A DNA stretch of 64,000 bases from the human T2T-CHM13v2.0 reference genome, Homo sapiens: the NCBI RefSeq assembly GCF_009914755.1, contig NC_060936.1. One strand, written 5' to 3'. The position numbers were made by a program, and so were the translations under genes. A model generated the notes under the pieces. It saw nothing but the letters and a program-made list of their open reading frames with translations. It did no database searches and was not told the DNA's origin. Within the stretch, counting starts at the first letter, position 1; the number at the start of each line of letters is the position of its first letter. Shown one piece after another: positions 62,999 to 64,000 of the stretch.

Positions 62999-64000
62999 GG
63001 TCACCATGTGCAAACTTAGGGAAAGCTGGGAGAGCAGCAAGCCAAAATAACCAAGTATTTGCATCAAAAACCAAAAATTAATCCCTTGAAGTAATTTCAG
63101 TAGTTGAAGCTAGAAACAGATAAAGGCACAGTTGAGACTAAGTAAACCTTTCATTTCTACCAAAATGATGAGTTGACTCAAAGAATATCCTTGTGTATTT
63201 GTTATAGTTGTAGGAATGTCACAAAGGTGTTTAAAATATCCAAATATTCTCCATTGCCAAAGTTATATGACTGAAATTAAGTTACCTGTAGATTTTGTTT
63301 TAGTTTTTCTAGTAAATTTTGTTATTGTTAATGTTGCCGTCAGCTGTATTTTGACCAATACCATAGGGTGTTGTGGTAGACGTAGTTCTCACTGTTTCTG
63401 GGGTATGTTTCTGCACTCAGTATAATACTGAGCCAACAGGGAAGACCTGCATGACCTGTGGGGCCTGATCCATTGCGGAAGGTAAGATTGTAGACAGCTT
63501 CTGTCTCTGTTTTTGGTAGAGACTTTGCTATGCTAACTAATAATCTGAGTTATAATATTCCAATGAGAACACAAGAGCTCTTAGTACATAACAGAGTCTG
63601 CTTGATTTCCTTGAGTTTCCCCAGCTTCTTGTCCTGTGGTTAGCCCCACCCGAGAAATCTGAGGGTAGCTCTCACATTCTGAGCCAGACTCCATTCCAGG
63701 CAGGGAAAAGCAGCCCATGTTGGAGAGCAGGGCAAGTCAGATCTTGTGAAGCCAAATGCAGGGAGGTAAGAGAGGTGGAGAAAAAGACATGGACACCCTA
63801 GCACAATAGACACGTGGCCAGCCAGCCTCTAGTCCACTGGTTTCCAAGCTCTGAGACCAGGCAGGACATGTAACACCAGCCATCCCTCCTCCTAACCCTG
63901 TGTTCAACTCCCAAGTGCCTGCAGTCACAGAGCAAGGAGCAGTGGCTTGTGAGGTTCCATTTCCACATACAACTCTGTGAGCTAGAAACAGAAAGAGCAA

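Overview
Primate (human-like) genomic DNA from a repeat-rich intronic or intergenic region. No protein-coding exon, RNA gene or CRISPR array is recognisable, and nearly all long ORFs in the track come from Alu, L1 or LTR sequence. Contents: about 18 Alu copies or monomers; many L1 pieces, including a dead full-length L1PA2/3-type element nested in an L1PB; solo LTRs (LTR12, LTR9, LTR47-like, MER76, LTR33-like, MaLR and MLT2); small DNA transposons; and a fragmented hAT-Blackjack transposase fossil. The most interesting structures are: (i) a ~750-bp inverted duplication (6294-7061 / 9048-9791) that looks like a staggered-break inversion and flanks a candidate minus-strand exon downstream of an LTR12 promoter; (ii) a clear L1 3' transduction (26656-26805); (iii) local templated duplications or insertions at 5.2-6.3 kb, 8.1/12.6 kb and 8.6 kb; (iv) scattered strong splice signals suggesting non-coding transcripts. 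I found no convincing new protein-based biological system. Repeat subfamily names are from recalled consensus sequences, not from a RepeatMasker run, and boundaries of old repeats are approximate.
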